A DNA stretch of 64,000 nucleotides from a virus (lineage: Duplodnaviria; Caudoviricetes), in the IMG/VR virus record IMGVR_UViG_3300021561_000002, positions 10,471 through 74,470 of that record. The stretch is one strand, 5' to 3'. Below the pieces are notes generated by a model. That model had not been told where the DNA came from, did no database searches, and worked only from the letters and a program-made list of their open reading frames with translations. Each line of letters opens with the position of its first letter. Positions within the stretch are counted from its first letter, which is position 1. Positions 17,509 through 26,988 of this stretch are shown in pieces. A program made the translations under genes and the position numbers.

Positions 17509-19047
17509 ATGGCGTTGTCCGAGTGGCAAGACGGACTCTCCCGAACACGGCTTGATTCCAATACCATCCGGCATATCGTTGAACTCGAACAGTCGGTGTC
17601 CGAACACTACGACAAGGGCGGGGCGGACTTCGTTGATTTCCTCATGGACATCTATGAGAAGAAGGGTGGCATCCAGCCCGAAGACCTGAATCAAGCCTTC
17701 CTGTCCTCTTACTACAACGTGACCCAGGACATCTCGACTCCGTACACGCTCTATTACAAATCCATCGTTGACTCCGGCCGGGACCGTGCCCTCAAGGACC
17801 TCGGAATCGAACGTGAGGCCCGCCGCAAGATGCGTCGGACGGCCGCTATCGGTGACACGTACATCCAGGACAGCCTCGACAAGTCCTTTAGCCAGGTGAA
17901 GACCGTTGGCGATGAGGTCATCAAGCAGTTGACCGATAAGTGGACCGAGAGCGGCGGCACGAGCAATGTGGTCATGGACCTGCTCAAGGAATACGAGGAC
18001 GAGGCAAGGGACGAGGGCCTGACCCGTCAGCAGTTGAGGCAAAAGCTCTATGAGATTTGGCAGGGCAAGAGGTTCCTGCTCGAACGCATCGTGCGGACCG
18101 AGACCGTGAACACCTACGCCCGTGCTCAACTGCAAGAGTGGTACGAGCAAGGCGTGAGGAAAGTTGAGCGGCACGAAATCAAGGACATGCGTACCTGCCC
18201 GCTTTGCCGGGACACGCTGGATGGGAAAATCTACGACGTGGAGATGTTGCTGAACGGTGGATATGTAAACCAGGAGACCGGAATCTCAAGCGCCGCATAT
18301 CCCATCTCGTTCGACTCGCATCCCAACTGCCGTGGGTCGTACACGCCTATCGTGAACTGGTCGGTATTCGAGGAGTTCGAGAAACTGTACCTTGAGCCCG
18401 ACGCTTTGACGGAGTTCCAGAACGCAAGCGACGTGGTGACTCAGGATTCCAAGGCCGAGAACGTTCCAATCGAGTACCAGGAGCAGGTTCAGCGAGCCCT
18501 TGAGGATTTCGGGCCTGACTATCGGCTCCGGTTCGTGCCGGAGATAACGGAGTCTCCTGAGTGGCAAGAAGACCGCCTGCATGACCTACGGTACTACTAT
18601 TCCGAGGGGGAGGCCCAGGCGCACCTGAATCTTGAAAAAGGGGAAAACAGGGGCAAGCTGGTGCAATATACGTCCAGGAGCGGTACTGTCCTGGTCAGCG
18701 GTAGCGCCGGGAACGTGAACGACGTGGTTGTCCCCATCCTGCGGGAACACGCTCATCAGGCTTGGGGAGCGGCGGAGGAAGAGAAGAAGGCTTGGGTCAT
18801 TGAGCGGTACAAGAACAAGATGGAAGAGATGGAGTTCACTCTCGAAGAAGAGGGCGTTCAAATCATCGGCGACACGCCGTTCGTTTCTCCGATTGCGAAG
18901 GAGAGCCCCGAGGATTATTTCGTCGAGTGCTACGCCGCATACGTGGCCGACCCGACGACTTTGCTCTACTTCGACGAACCTTTTTATGATTTCCTTCGAG
19001 CCAACTTCATCAACCGTGAGTACATCGCTCGTGGAGGCGTGAATTGA
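17509..19047 (+). CDS. head morphogenesis protein (MuF/SPP1 gp7-like) with C-terminal zincin-like domain
   Basis: IVRTETVNTY, TCPLC, HPNCRG MuF motifs; C-terminal ILREHAH and SPEDYFVECYAAY; start codon uncertain. Confidence 0.8.
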   Translation: MALSEWQDGLSRTRLDSNTIRHIVELEQSVSEHYDKGGADFVDFLMDIYEKKGGIQPEDLNQAFLSSYYNVTQDISTPYTLYYKSIVDSGRDRALKDLGIEREARRKMRRTAAIGDTYIQDSLDKSFSQVKTVGDEVIKQLTDKWTESGGTSNVVMDLLKEYEDEARDEGLTRQQLRQKLYEIWQGKRFLLERIVRTETVNTYARAQLQEWYEQGVRKVERHEIKDMRTCPLCRDTLDGKIYDVEMLLNGGYVNQETGISSAAYPISFDSHPNCRGSYTPIVNWSVFEEFEKLYLEPDALTEFQNASDVVTQDSKAENVPIEYQEQVQRALEDFGPDYRLRFVPEITESPEWQEDRLHDLRYYYSEGEAQAHLNLEKGENRGKLVQYTSRSGTVLVSGSAGNVNDVVVPILREHAHQAWGAAEEEKKAWVIERYKNKMEEMEFTLEEEGVQIIGDTPFVSPIAKESPEDYFVECYAAYVADPTTLLYFDEPFYDFLRANFINREYIARGGVN

Positions 19048-19406
19048 AGCGGTTTTTAGTGGTCAAAGATTCTGATATAGGTATGCTTGCGGCAATTCTT
19101 GTTCAGAACGAACAAGATGGAAAAATTGGAATAACGGCGTACAATAAATCGTATGAAGAAGTTCTTCGGAGGCTTGTCTCTGATGAGCATTTCTTCTTCG
19201 AGGAAAAGCGTGACGACAGGACCATCGCACGAGTCGAGGTGACACGAAGCGACCCTAGATTCCTCGACATGTTGAAAACAAGAATCGGCCCGCCGTGTGT
19301 AGTCCACCTGCGGGGATTGATTCAGGCGGCAACCGTAGAAGAGGCGGCGGAGAGACTTTGGAAGATGTTCTCTCCGAAGGAGTCTCGACCAATCACGGGA
19401 GTCTGA
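19044..19406 (+). CDS. hypothetical protein
   Basis: 120 aa; TTG start overlapping MuF stop (TTGA) with GGAGG RBS; AT-richer. Confidence 0.65.
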   Translation: MKRFLVVKDSDIGMLAAILVQNEQDGKIGITAYNKSYEEVLRRLVSDEHFFFEEKRDDRTIARVEVTRSDPRFLDMLKTRIGPPCVVHLRGLIQAATVEEAAERLWKMFSPKESRPITGV

Positions 19407-19407
19407 A

Positions 19408-19578
19408 ATGTTTAAGAAGGCAGGAGCAACTCCGACGGGGCGTATCGAGGCCGTTGGCACCCTCGAACCCAAAGACGTTCCCATCGAGAAAAGCGCGAGT
19501 GCAGAAGCCACCCGCAAGCAGGTCGCCGACAGCATCAAATGGCAACCGACTGGCGGAGGGACGCAGGATGACAAGTAA
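19408..19578 (+). CDS. small hypothetical protein (56 aa, absent from ORF track)
   Basis: MFKKAGATPTGRIEAVGTLEPKDV...DDK; GGGAG RBS; fills the gap. Confidence 0.55.
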   Translation: MFKKAGATPTGRIEAVGTLEPKDVPIEKSASAEATRKQVADSIKWQPTGGGTQDDK

Positions 19579-20062
19579 TGCCTCTCTTCTTTTCAAAAAA
19601 GTAGCCTTATGGCAGAAGGCCGGGCAGGTCAGCGCAAGCGACCAGTCCATCTCGACCCGCATCGGCGAAGCGGCTTTGGCCCGTGAGATTTCCGCTCTCG
19701 ACAAGAAGGCCATGCTTGAGTTCAAGGACGAACTCAAAGTGGCCGTCGCCTGTTTGAAGATGGCCGACTCTTTCGCCACCGCCCGCCGTACCCGAAACCC
19801 GAAGACCGCCGCCGAGGCCGAGACGCTCGATGCGCTCATTCAGGGCGTCGATGACCTCACGGATGTCATCTCGACCTCCGGCGATGAGAACCTCGTGATG
19901 GTCCAGAAGATGCTCTCGGACTTCCTCATGGAACTCAAGACGAGCAACCAGACGACCTCCAAGGAGCAGGAAGACTACGAGCGCGCCGACGCTCGGCCGG
20001 AAGTCGCCATCGGTCCCAAAGCCGAACCTTCGAGCAACGAGGAGCGCACGAATGTTGGTTAA
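19568..20062 (+). CDS. hypothetical helical head-associated protein
   Basis: 164 aa from ATG 19568 (GGAGGG RBS); contains KKVA, PKTA motifs. Confidence 0.6.
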   Translation: MTSNASLLFKKVALWQKAGQVSASDQSISTRIGEAALAREISALDKKAMLEFKDELKVAVACLKMADSFATARRTRNPKTAAEAETLDALIQGVDDLTDVISTSGDENLVMVQKMLSDFLMELKTSNQTTSKEQEDYERADARPEVAIGPKAEPSSNEERTNVG

Positions 20063-22619
20063 ACACGGAGCATTCATCGGCATCGCCGAGTTCGCCACGG
20101 CCAGTAAGCGTGAGTTGCCCTGGTTCGTGCGGAACGATGCTTCGGCGATGAAGCGGCTTGCGGCCATCGAGCCGGTGATGCTGAACCCGGAGAAGTTCCT
20201 TTACATGCGTACTCGCATGGTCAGCGCCGTCGAGGCCCACGGGCCGAACGCAAACGGTGACGCCTTCGAGGACGCTGAGTTGGCCGCTCGGTATGCAACC
20301 TTCATCCAGTCGGCGGTCAACATCGACCACGACAATGACGACCCGAAGAAAGCTGTGGGGTTCATCCTCGATGCGAGGTATATCCCCGAGGCGAAGTACG
20401 TCGAAGGCATTCACGCCATCGACAGGACGCTGGCCGAGGCGAAGCGCCCCGGCATCATCCGTGCCATCGAGGGCGGTGTCGTTACCGATACCTCGATGGG
20501 TTGCTACGTGGAAAAGTCCCTCTGCTCCGAGTGTTTGAAGGAGGCCGGTTGGGACGGCAAGGATTTCTCGCAACTCAACAAGTACGCCGCTCTGTTGTCG
20601 GTCGGGCGTGGGATTGCGACGGTCCCCGAGGAATACTGCCATCACATCGGCAAGTACGGAGAGAAAAAAGGTGGGGCGAACGGTCCCTATGAGATAAACC
20701 GTGGCGTGACGTTCTTCGAGGACTCCATCATTACGACGGCGGGGGCCGACAAGGATGCGAAGTATCTGGAAAAGCTGGCGCAGTTGGGCATTGATTGGAC
20801 TCGTTTCATAATCGACAGGAGCAAGGGAGGTAGTGAGATGAACGGAGTGAAGGTCGCCGCCGATGGCCTGAAGTTGGATACCATGAAGGAACCGGGCGAT
20901 AACCCCGGCACCCCCGCCGATAAGGACAAGGCCCTGCACGACCAAGCCAAGGGCAAGTCCGAAAGCACGGATGCCAAGGGCAACGCCGTTCAGACGGGGG
21001 ACGAGAAGGGCGATTACGTCCTCGCCAACAAGCGCAACCTCGAAGCCATCGCCATCGTCCGTAAGATGGCGAAGGACAACCCCGAGGCCGTGAAGGACCT
21101 CGTGTTCGATGACAAGGCCGACGTGGGTGGCGTTCCGCCCGCCGTCAAGGCCGGGGAAGAGGACCGGGATTCGGCCAAGGAAGACGCCGCCACCGAGCGT
21201 AAGCCCGAGGGCGTGGTCGAGGACAAAGACAAGGGCCTCATCGACAAGGTGGTGGCCGCTGTGAAGTCGCTCTTGCCGAAGCAAGCCATCGACGGCACCG
21301 GCAATCCGACCGAGACGGCGACCGAGAAGACGGAGCAGATGCCCCCGAAGTCCGGCGACCCCGACAAGGCGTTGGCGGGCCAGGCCAAGGGCACGTCCGA
21401 GAAGACCGGCATGAATGGCAACCCCGTGCAGACCGCCGAGGACCCCAAGGACCATCCGCTGACCGCTTCTCGCCGGGCCTCCGACGAGTCGGCCCGTCTC
21501 GACATGATGGTCTCCGAGATGCAGAAGGGCCGTTCCTTCGACGACGCCGAGAAGTCGGCCAAGGAGAAGTTGGGCATGGACGCTCGTATCGCTCGTCGCC
21601 GGGCCATCGCCGAGGACCTGAACAAGGGCTCGATGGGCTCCCCCGAGGTTCCCGATAACGTCAAGGCCGAGCAAGAAGAGAGCAAGGATGCCAAGTGCGG
21701 CCGGGTGGCGATGGACAAGCCGAACGAGTCGCCCGAGCAACGTCAGGACGAAGGCACGACGGAGACCAAGACCACGGCCCCCATTCGTACCGACGCCGGT
21801 AAGAAGACCGCTCAGGGTACGCCCGGTGCTCCGGCCTCCGACGCCTCCACCGCTCCCCCGGAGCTTCCGCCCGTGACTTCCAAGGACGGCCCGGACAAGG
21901 TGGTCAAGAACCTGGACCAGAAGGCCGATGCGATGGAAGCCATCGGTCGTGCCAAGCGTATCCGTGCCTCGGTTCTCGCCAAGGCCGGGTATTCCGCCGC
22001 CGCCAAGAGGAACCTGATGGACATCGCCCGCATCGAGGCGTCCATCGGCAACTTCGAGCGCATCGCCAACAACATCGAGAACGTCATGGAGAGCCTGAAG
22101 ACCAAGGTTGCCGGGGCTTCTCGTGGCGCTCTCGTCGCCCATGTCCGGTCGCTCGTGGCTCAGGCCATGAAGGCTATGGCCGAAGAGGACAAGGCGATGG
22201 AGGACATGGAGAAGATGGACAAGGCCGACGACGAGAAGGTCGAGGCGTCCCGAAAGAGCGCCGCTATGGAGGCCGAGCTTCGTCGCATGAAGGCCGAGCG
22301 TCAGGAGGACCGCAATCGTTTGGTGGCGCTGTTGAAGTCTAAGGCCATCAAAGAGGTCATCGACCTCGGGCGTCAGAAGGGTCTCGTGACGACCGCCAAC
22401 CTTCAGGCGAAGTTGAGCGAGTTGTCGGGCATGAACGATGCGGAGTTCGAGGCCACCCGTAAGGTGTGGGCCTCCCTCCCGAACGCTTCTCGTCCGGGCT
22501 TCGTGAGCCGTTCCGTCCGTGAAGCCGCTCGTGTGGCCGGGACCGGCATGAGTACCGTGGAGCCGTCTTCCGGTTCCACGCCGACTGGTGACATCAACGC
22601 CGGGACGCTGTTCTCGTAA
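20052..22619 (+). CDS. prohead protease fused to scaffold
   Basis: N-terminal PNANGDAF, NIDHD, TSMGC, YEIN..VTFFEDSI motifs of assemblin-like head proteases; charged helical C-terminus; directly upstream of decoration and capsid genes. Confidence 0.8.
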   Translation: MLVKHGAFIGIAEFATASKRELPWFVRNDASAMKRLAAIEPVMLNPEKFLYMRTRMVSAVEAHGPNANGDAFEDAELAARYATFIQSAVNIDHDNDDPKKAVGFILDARYIPEAKYVEGIHAIDRTLAEAKRPGIIRAIEGGVVTDTSMGCYVEKSLCSECLKEAGWDGKDFSQLNKYAALLSVGRGIATVPEEYCHHIGKYGEKKGGANGPYEINRGVTFFEDSIITTAGADKDAKYLEKLAQLGIDWTRFIIDRSKGGSEMNGVKVAADGLKLDTMKEPGDNPGTPADKDKALHDQAKGKSESTDAKGNAVQTGDEKGDYVLANKRNLEAIAIVRKMAKDNPEAVKDLVFDDKADVGGVPPAVKAGEEDRDSAKEDAATERKPEGVVEDKDKGLIDKVVAAVKSLLPKQAIDGTGNPTETATEKTEQMPPKSGDPDKALAGQAKGTSEKTGMNGNPVQTAEDPKDHPLTASRRASDESARLDMMVSEMQKGRSFDDAEKSAKEKLGMDARIARRRAIAEDLNKGSMGSPEVPDNVKAEQEESKDAKCGRVAMDKPNESPEQRQDEGTTETKTTAPIRTDAGKKTAQGTPGAPASDASTAPPELPPVTSKDGPDKVVKNLDQKADAMEAIGRAKRIRASVLAKAGYSAAAKRNLMDIARIEASIGNFERIANNIENVMESLKTKVAGASRGALVAHVRSLVAQAMKAMAEEDKAMEDMEKMDKADDEKVEASRKSAAMEAELRRMKAERQEDRNRLVALLKSKAIKEVIDLGRQKGLVTTANLQAKLSELSGMNDAEFEATRKVWASLPNASRPGFVSRSVREAARVAGTGMSTVEPSSGSTPTGDINAGTLFS

Positions 22620-22675
22620 TAGCGTCCTCGGAGTTGTAAGTTGTAGGATTCTTAAAGGAAAGGGAGTGATTTAGA

Positions 22676-23146
22676 ATGGGTGCGACTCTGAGGAATGGCG
22701 GGGTGCGGCACGGTGAGTACAAGCTCAACGTGGCCGACGCTCAGGCCAACAAATACTTCGGGGGCCAGCCCTTGTGTATCGACGCCAACGGCGTTCGGTT
22801 GTGCAAGGCGGCTGACCGTGCCAACTTCATCGGCTTGGCGGCGGTTTCCTCTTACGAGGACTTGAAGAACGGCAACGTGACGGTCTTGACGGGTTCGGGG
22901 GCGGTCGTGAAATTGTACGACGGTTCCGTCTCGCAGGACAACACGGACGCCGTGGGTACGGTTGTGGAGGGCGCTCCCTTCGACACGAACCTCGTGTTCG
23001 TCGCTGGCGAAAAAGTGTATATCGACGCCAACGGCAAGTTCACGAACGTTCTTGACGCAGGGAAGGCCGTGGGCATCGTCATCAAGGGTCAGGGCGTGAA
23101 CGACAACTCTGTCGAAATCGAACTGGCTCCTGTGACCATCGACTAA
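22676..23146 (+). CDS. capsid decoration/cement protein
   Basis: 156 aa beta-rich, between scaffold and capsid. Confidence 0.65.
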   Translation: MGATLRNGGVRHGEYKLNVADAQANKYFGGQPLCIDANGVRLCKAADRANFIGLAAVSSYEDLKNGNVTVLTGSGAVVKLYDGSVSQDNTDAVGTVVEGAPFDTNLVFVAGEKVYIDANGKFTNVLDAGKAVGIVIKGQGVNDNSVEIELAPVTID

Positions 23147-23159
23147 AGGAGGCTGAGGG

Positions 23160-24134
23160 ATGGTCTCACAACAAGACATCATCGCTGGCCTTCAAAGTCT
23201 TTTGAATGGTGCCAGCAAGCAGGGGCGTCACGTCCGCCACGCCGGTCAAACGACCGTCGAGGAGCGTCTCGCCAAGTCTCGCAACGAACTGCGTAAGGAA
23301 GCGCAGTTGACTCAAGCCTTGCAGTCCCCGGCCGGTCTGACGAAAATCGCCGCTAACATGGCGAACCCCGTCCGATTCCGCCTGGACTACAAGGGCATCT
23401 TCCGCAAGTTCGCCATCGTCGAGCAGATGCCGGACGGCGTGCCTCTCATCTACGACAAGGACCAGCCTTTGGCCCCTGCCGTTAAGGTGGGCAAGTACGG
23501 CTCCCCCGGTCTCATCGAGATGGTGGGCAAGCGTGTGGAACTGGAACCCTTCGAGATTGCGTCGAGGGTCAAGGTTCCCTACGCCGAGCTTTACAACCGT
23601 CGCTATCGGGCTTTGGACCGGGCGAAGGACCGTCTCATCGAGGGCATGGAACTCCGTGAGGACCTCATCGGGTTCGGGCTCTTGGAAGCGGCTTCCGCTT
23701 TGTCCAACGTGCCGGTGGTCAACGTCGGTCTTCCGTTCGACCGTGACCTGATGGCCCGTGGTTTCGCTCAGGTCGAGAAGAACCGTCTCCCCGTGGGTGC
23801 GGTTCTCATGTCGCCCTTTGCGACGATGGGCATCCGTCGTCTGACGTTCCAGACCCTCGACCAAGTGGGGATGCAGGAAGTCCGGGAGACCGGCTACCTG
23901 GGTTCCTATTGGGGGGCGGACTTCTATGTCACGGACCAAATCCCGCAAGGGACCGCCTACGCTTTGACCACGCCGAAGTATCTGGCGTGGATGCCGATTC
24001 GCAAAGATGTCGATGTCATCCCGGCGGATGACCCCGACAACCTGCGTTTGGGCTTCGTCGGCTACGAGTTGCTCGGCATGACCGTGTTCAACTCGTTGGG
24101 CGTCGAGAAGATGACGTTCGACCCGACCGTGTAA
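23160..24134 (+). CDS. major capsid protein
   Basis: 324 aa; ANPVRFRLDYKGIFRKFAIVEQMPDGVPLIYDKD, FEIASRVKV, GYLGSYWGADF resemble HK97-fold capsids; strong RBS and codon bias. Confidence 0.85.
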   Translation: MVSQQDIIAGLQSLLNGASKQGRHVRHAGQTTVEERLAKSRNELRKEAQLTQALQSPAGLTKIAANMANPVRFRLDYKGIFRKFAIVEQMPDGVPLIYDKDQPLAPAVKVGKYGSPGLIEMVGKRVELEPFEIASRVKVPYAELYNRRYRALDRAKDRLIEGMELREDLIGFGLLEAASALSNVPVVNVGLPFDRDLMARGFAQVEKNRLPVGAVLMSPFATMGIRRLTFQTLDQVGMQEVRETGYLGSYWGADFYVTDQIPQGTAYALTTPKYLAWMPIRKDVDVIPADDPDNLRLGFVGYELLGMTVFNSLGVEKMTFDPTV

Positions 24135-24160
24135 TAGCGGTTGGTGAAGTAACTGAAGGA

Positions 24161-24183
24161 CGGGGGAGGAAACCCCTCCCCCG
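24161..24183 (+). terminator. stem-loop after capsid gene
   Basis: CGGGGGAGG-AAACC-CCTCCCCCG followed by CCTCTTTC. Confidence 0.55.
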
Positions 24184-24225
24184 CCTCTTTCAGAGGATGG
24201 AAAACAACGTTCAGGGAGAACGAAC

Positions 24226-24774
24226 ATGAAGACGTATACGGTGGAAGAACTGAAGAAGGTCGAGTGGGTGCAGAACATCTCCGGTGGGCTTGCGTATCTC
24301 GGCGACCTGTCGGAGGACGGCAAAGAGGGCAAGGGCGTCACCCTTCGCCCGGACGAGATTCTCGAACTGAAGACCGTCGTGAGCGAAGAGGCGAAGTTGC
24401 GGTCGAAGAGCCTCAAGAAGGGCCTGGAAGGTTTCCCAGGCGATATGGGATTTGCCCCCGTCGCTCCGTGTCTCCGGGCCATCAGCGGGCCGAAAGACAC
24501 GAACATCATCAAGACGGCGCTGAAGGGGAGCCTCATCGACAAGGGTTCTCCGAAGACCCGTGAGAAGAACATCTTCGACGTGACTCTCATGGAGCAGAAC
24601 CTCAAGGAACTGCGTGACGAGTTGGAGACCACGCAGGACGCCGGTAAGCGTGCCGTCTTGGAGACCACCATCTCTCAGATGGAGAATAGCATTGCGGAAC
24701 TGAAGAAGGCTACCCCGACTGGCGTGGAGGCCAACGTGGTCGTCCTTCCCAACGACGAGGCGGGCGTGCTGTAA
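24226..24774 (+). CDS. hypothetical virion protein
   Basis: 182 aa, GGGAGA RBS. Confidence 0.65.
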   Translation: MKTYTVEELKKVEWVQNISGGLAYLGDLSEDGKEGKGVTLRPDEILELKTVVSEEAKLRSKSLKKGLEGFPGDMGFAPVAPCLRAISGPKDTNIIKTALKGSLIDKGSPKTREKNIFDVTLMEQNLKELRDELETTQDAGKRAVLETTISQMENSIAELKKATPTGVEANVVVLPNDEAGVL

Positions 24775-24788
24775 GAAGAAACCAGGGT

Positions 24789-24812
24789 CTCCCCCGGAGC
24801 AATCCGGGGGAG
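24789..24812 (+). terminator. 10-bp stem with GCAA tetraloop
   Basis: CTCCCCCGGA-GCAA-TCCGGGGGAG followed by GTTCTT. Confidence 0.55.
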
Positions 24813-24835
24813 GTTCTTAGGTCAAGGAGAGCGGA

Positions 24836-25162
24836 ATGAGCGTGGCAATCGGAAGCCTCAAAATCGACGAGACGTTCACGGGGGTCGAAACGAAATACTC
24901 GTTGCCCCTGAACCTGTCCGGCCGTACCGCCGGGGACCTTGTTGGTCTCGCCGAAACGGCCAACGTGGTCGTGACGCTAGAGGTTTCTTCCGATAACGAA
25001 GCCGGTACATATACGGGCATGGGGGCCGCCGTGACTTTCGTGGCCGGTACTCCGAACAAACTCTCCATCTCCGAGTTGCACGGGTGGGTGAGGTTCAAGA
25101 TGGTGTCGGCTGGCAATGCGACTTTGAAGGCGACGTACCGCTCGAATCCCGTTGCTCAGTAA
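24836..25162 (+). CDS. hypothetical beta-sandwich structural protein
   Basis: 108 aa, AAGGAG RBS. Confidence 0.6.
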   Translation: MSVAIGSLKIDETFTGVETKYSLPLNLSGRTAGDLVGLAETANVVVTLEVSSDNEAGTYTGMGAAVTFVAGTPNKLSISELHGWVRFKMVSAGNATLKATYRSNPVAQ

Positions 25163-25174
25163 GAAGGTGGCATA

Positions 25175-25894
25175 ATGGCCGCTCCCTCAAAGCCGTCTAT
25201 CATTAGTGTTAATTTTTATTACGTAGATGGTCTTCGTCAAGGAGATGCCGGGGGGTCGGCGAGCCTTAATGCGGTCGTCTATGCCCCTGGCTCTACGTGG
25301 GCGATGCTTTACATTAGGCGCAGTCCCGAGAAGCCATTTGAATATGTTGGGGCATCTAGGACTGGATTTGGTGCGGGTGCTAATTCCGATAGGGCTATCT
25401 TCTCGAAGTATTTTCAGCTTCTTGAGAGCCCCTCGGCGGAGTTCAAGTGCGTCGCATACTCATCGGAGACGGAAGCCTCTGAGGAGAGCGATATTTTTAC
25501 GGCGACGGTCGATGACATTCTCCCTCTTCCTAAAACTCCGATAAATTTGTCGGCAGTACAGCAATCCGGGAATCTTGTGAAGGTCTCTTGGAACGAAGTC
25601 ACCTATAACACGATTGCGGTTGGAATTTTGAGGGGCGAAGACGAATTTGGTGACGACGCCATTATGATTGGATACGCAAACGGTGAAAACAAAAATTTCG
25701 ACACTCTCGATAATTTCTTCGTTGACCCGACGTGTGAATACGGAAAAACGTACTACTACTGGGTGTGGGCCGAAGGGATTAAGATTGGCTACTTTTCTAA
25801 TCAGACCGCTGACATCTGTTCCGTTACTCTTAGTGACGCTCCTCCCATGCCTCCGGTGCCTCCTGCGCCAACAAACTTGAGGGTCGGTGCGTAA
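25175..25894 (+). CDS. fibronectin type III/Ig-like protein
   Basis: PINLSAV..VKVSWN...GKTYYYWVWA FN3 pattern; AT-richer. Confidence 0.65.
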   Translation: MAAPSKPSIISVNFYYVDGLRQGDAGGSASLNAVVYAPGSTWAMLYIRRSPEKPFEYVGASRTGFGAGANSDRAIFSKYFQLLESPSAEFKCVAYSSETEASEESDIFTATVDDILPLPKTPINLSAVQQSGNLVKVSWNEVTYNTIAVGILRGEDEFGDDAIMIGYANGENKNFDTLDNFFVDPTCEYGKTYYYWVWAEGIKIGYFSNQTADICSVTLSDAPPMPPVPPAPTNLRVGA

Positions 25895-26196
25895 TGGAAA
25901 CCGTCATCATTCAATGGGATACGGTGAGCGGGGCGGAAAGCTACAACGTTTACCGCTCGACGGACTCTCTTGACATCGGAACGAAAATCAACGCCTCTCC
26001 CGTTCTTCCTTCGGGCGGTGCCGTGGAGTCTTATACTGACTCCGCCGCATCTGGTATGGTATATTTTTATCGGGTGACTACCTTAATCAGCGGTATGGAA
26101 TCCCTGCCGTCGTCGGCCTTGAGGGTCTCAGTCGGGTCTCCTCAAGACATCACCCCGAGACAAGCTACCATCATCGGCATCGAGACAAGGGGATAA
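25894..26196 (+). CDS. FN3-like protein
   Basis: IQWDTVSGAESYNVYRS...YFYRVT. Confidence 0.65.
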   Translation: METVIIQWDTVSGAESYNVYRSTDSLDIGTKINASPVLPSGGAVESYTDSAASGMVYFYRVTTLISGMESLPSSALRVSVGSPQDITPRQATIIGIETRG

Positions 26197-26200
26197 GGCC

Positions 26201-26977
26201 ATGAGCATTCTCATCCGTTGGGCCGTCCCCGAGCGATACGAGGTTGGACCGGACCCCGATGTCCGAAAGGTCATCATCCAAAAGCAGACCGGTGGGTTTG
26301 GTGTGTTCGCTCAAATCGCTGAAATCGACGCCACGAGCGATGGGCTCGCCAAGAGTGCGACGAATACGTGGGTCAGCGAGTACGAGGACGCCACGGGAAC
26401 CATCACCGATATGTATCGAGTGGCCTTCAAAGACGCCTCTGGACGAATCGGCACGTTTTCTGTTCCTGGGTCCGGTGGTTACTTGAGTCGTATCCACGAG
26501 GTCATGGACCTCGTTCGGTACGACCTCGGAGATATGGACCCGTCCTTCTATCAACTCGATTCCATAACTCAAAACAAATGGACCGGAACGCAGTTGTATA
26601 TGTGGCTCCGTGCGGCCATCAACGATTTCAACGGCTCCGGGTCGATGGTCACGAACTACACGTGGGACACGTTGCCGGAAGATGCGATTCCCGTCATCGA
26701 GGAAGCTGTTAAATGCCGGGCGCTGTTCGAGCGGGCAACCAAGGAAGTTCCGAACGTTCTCGACTATAATGACGGTGTGAGTTTCAGGATTACGAACCGC
26801 CCCGCCGATTACAGGGCCATGAAGGACGAGGCTTGCCGATACTTCATGGAGAAGGTCAAGATGTGGAAACTGTCTCACCGGCCGAGAGCAATCGGTCTCG
26901 GGAGTCAGAGGTTGCCTTTCCGGGTCACGAGACCCCTTTCGATGTTGCCTAACATGAGCAATACCTTTGGACTGTAA
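26201..26977 (+). CDS. head-tail adaptor/neck protein
   Basis: 258 aa; VRYDLGD..., LRAAINDFN helical adaptor-like segment; position. Confidence 0.55.
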   Translation: MSILIRWAVPERYEVGPDPDVRKVIIQKQTGGFGVFAQIAEIDATSDGLAKSATNTWVSEYEDATGTITDMYRVAFKDASGRIGTFSVPGSGGYLSRIHEVMDLVRYDLGDMDPSFYQLDSITQNKWTGTQLYMWLRAAINDFNGSGSMVTNYTWDTLPEDAIPVIEEAVKCRALFERATKEVPNVLDYNDGVSFRITNRPADYRAMKDEACRYFMEKVKMWKLSHRPRAIGLGSQRLPFRVTRPLSMLPNMSNTFGL

Positions 26978-26988
26978 GGAGATTTGAA

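Noticed and set aside
19935-22142. Long minus-strand ORFs (e.g. 735, 734, 715, 650, 562 aa)
   Set aside because: Antisense shadows of GC-biased plus-strand genes; no motifs or RBS, and fully overlap well-supported genes
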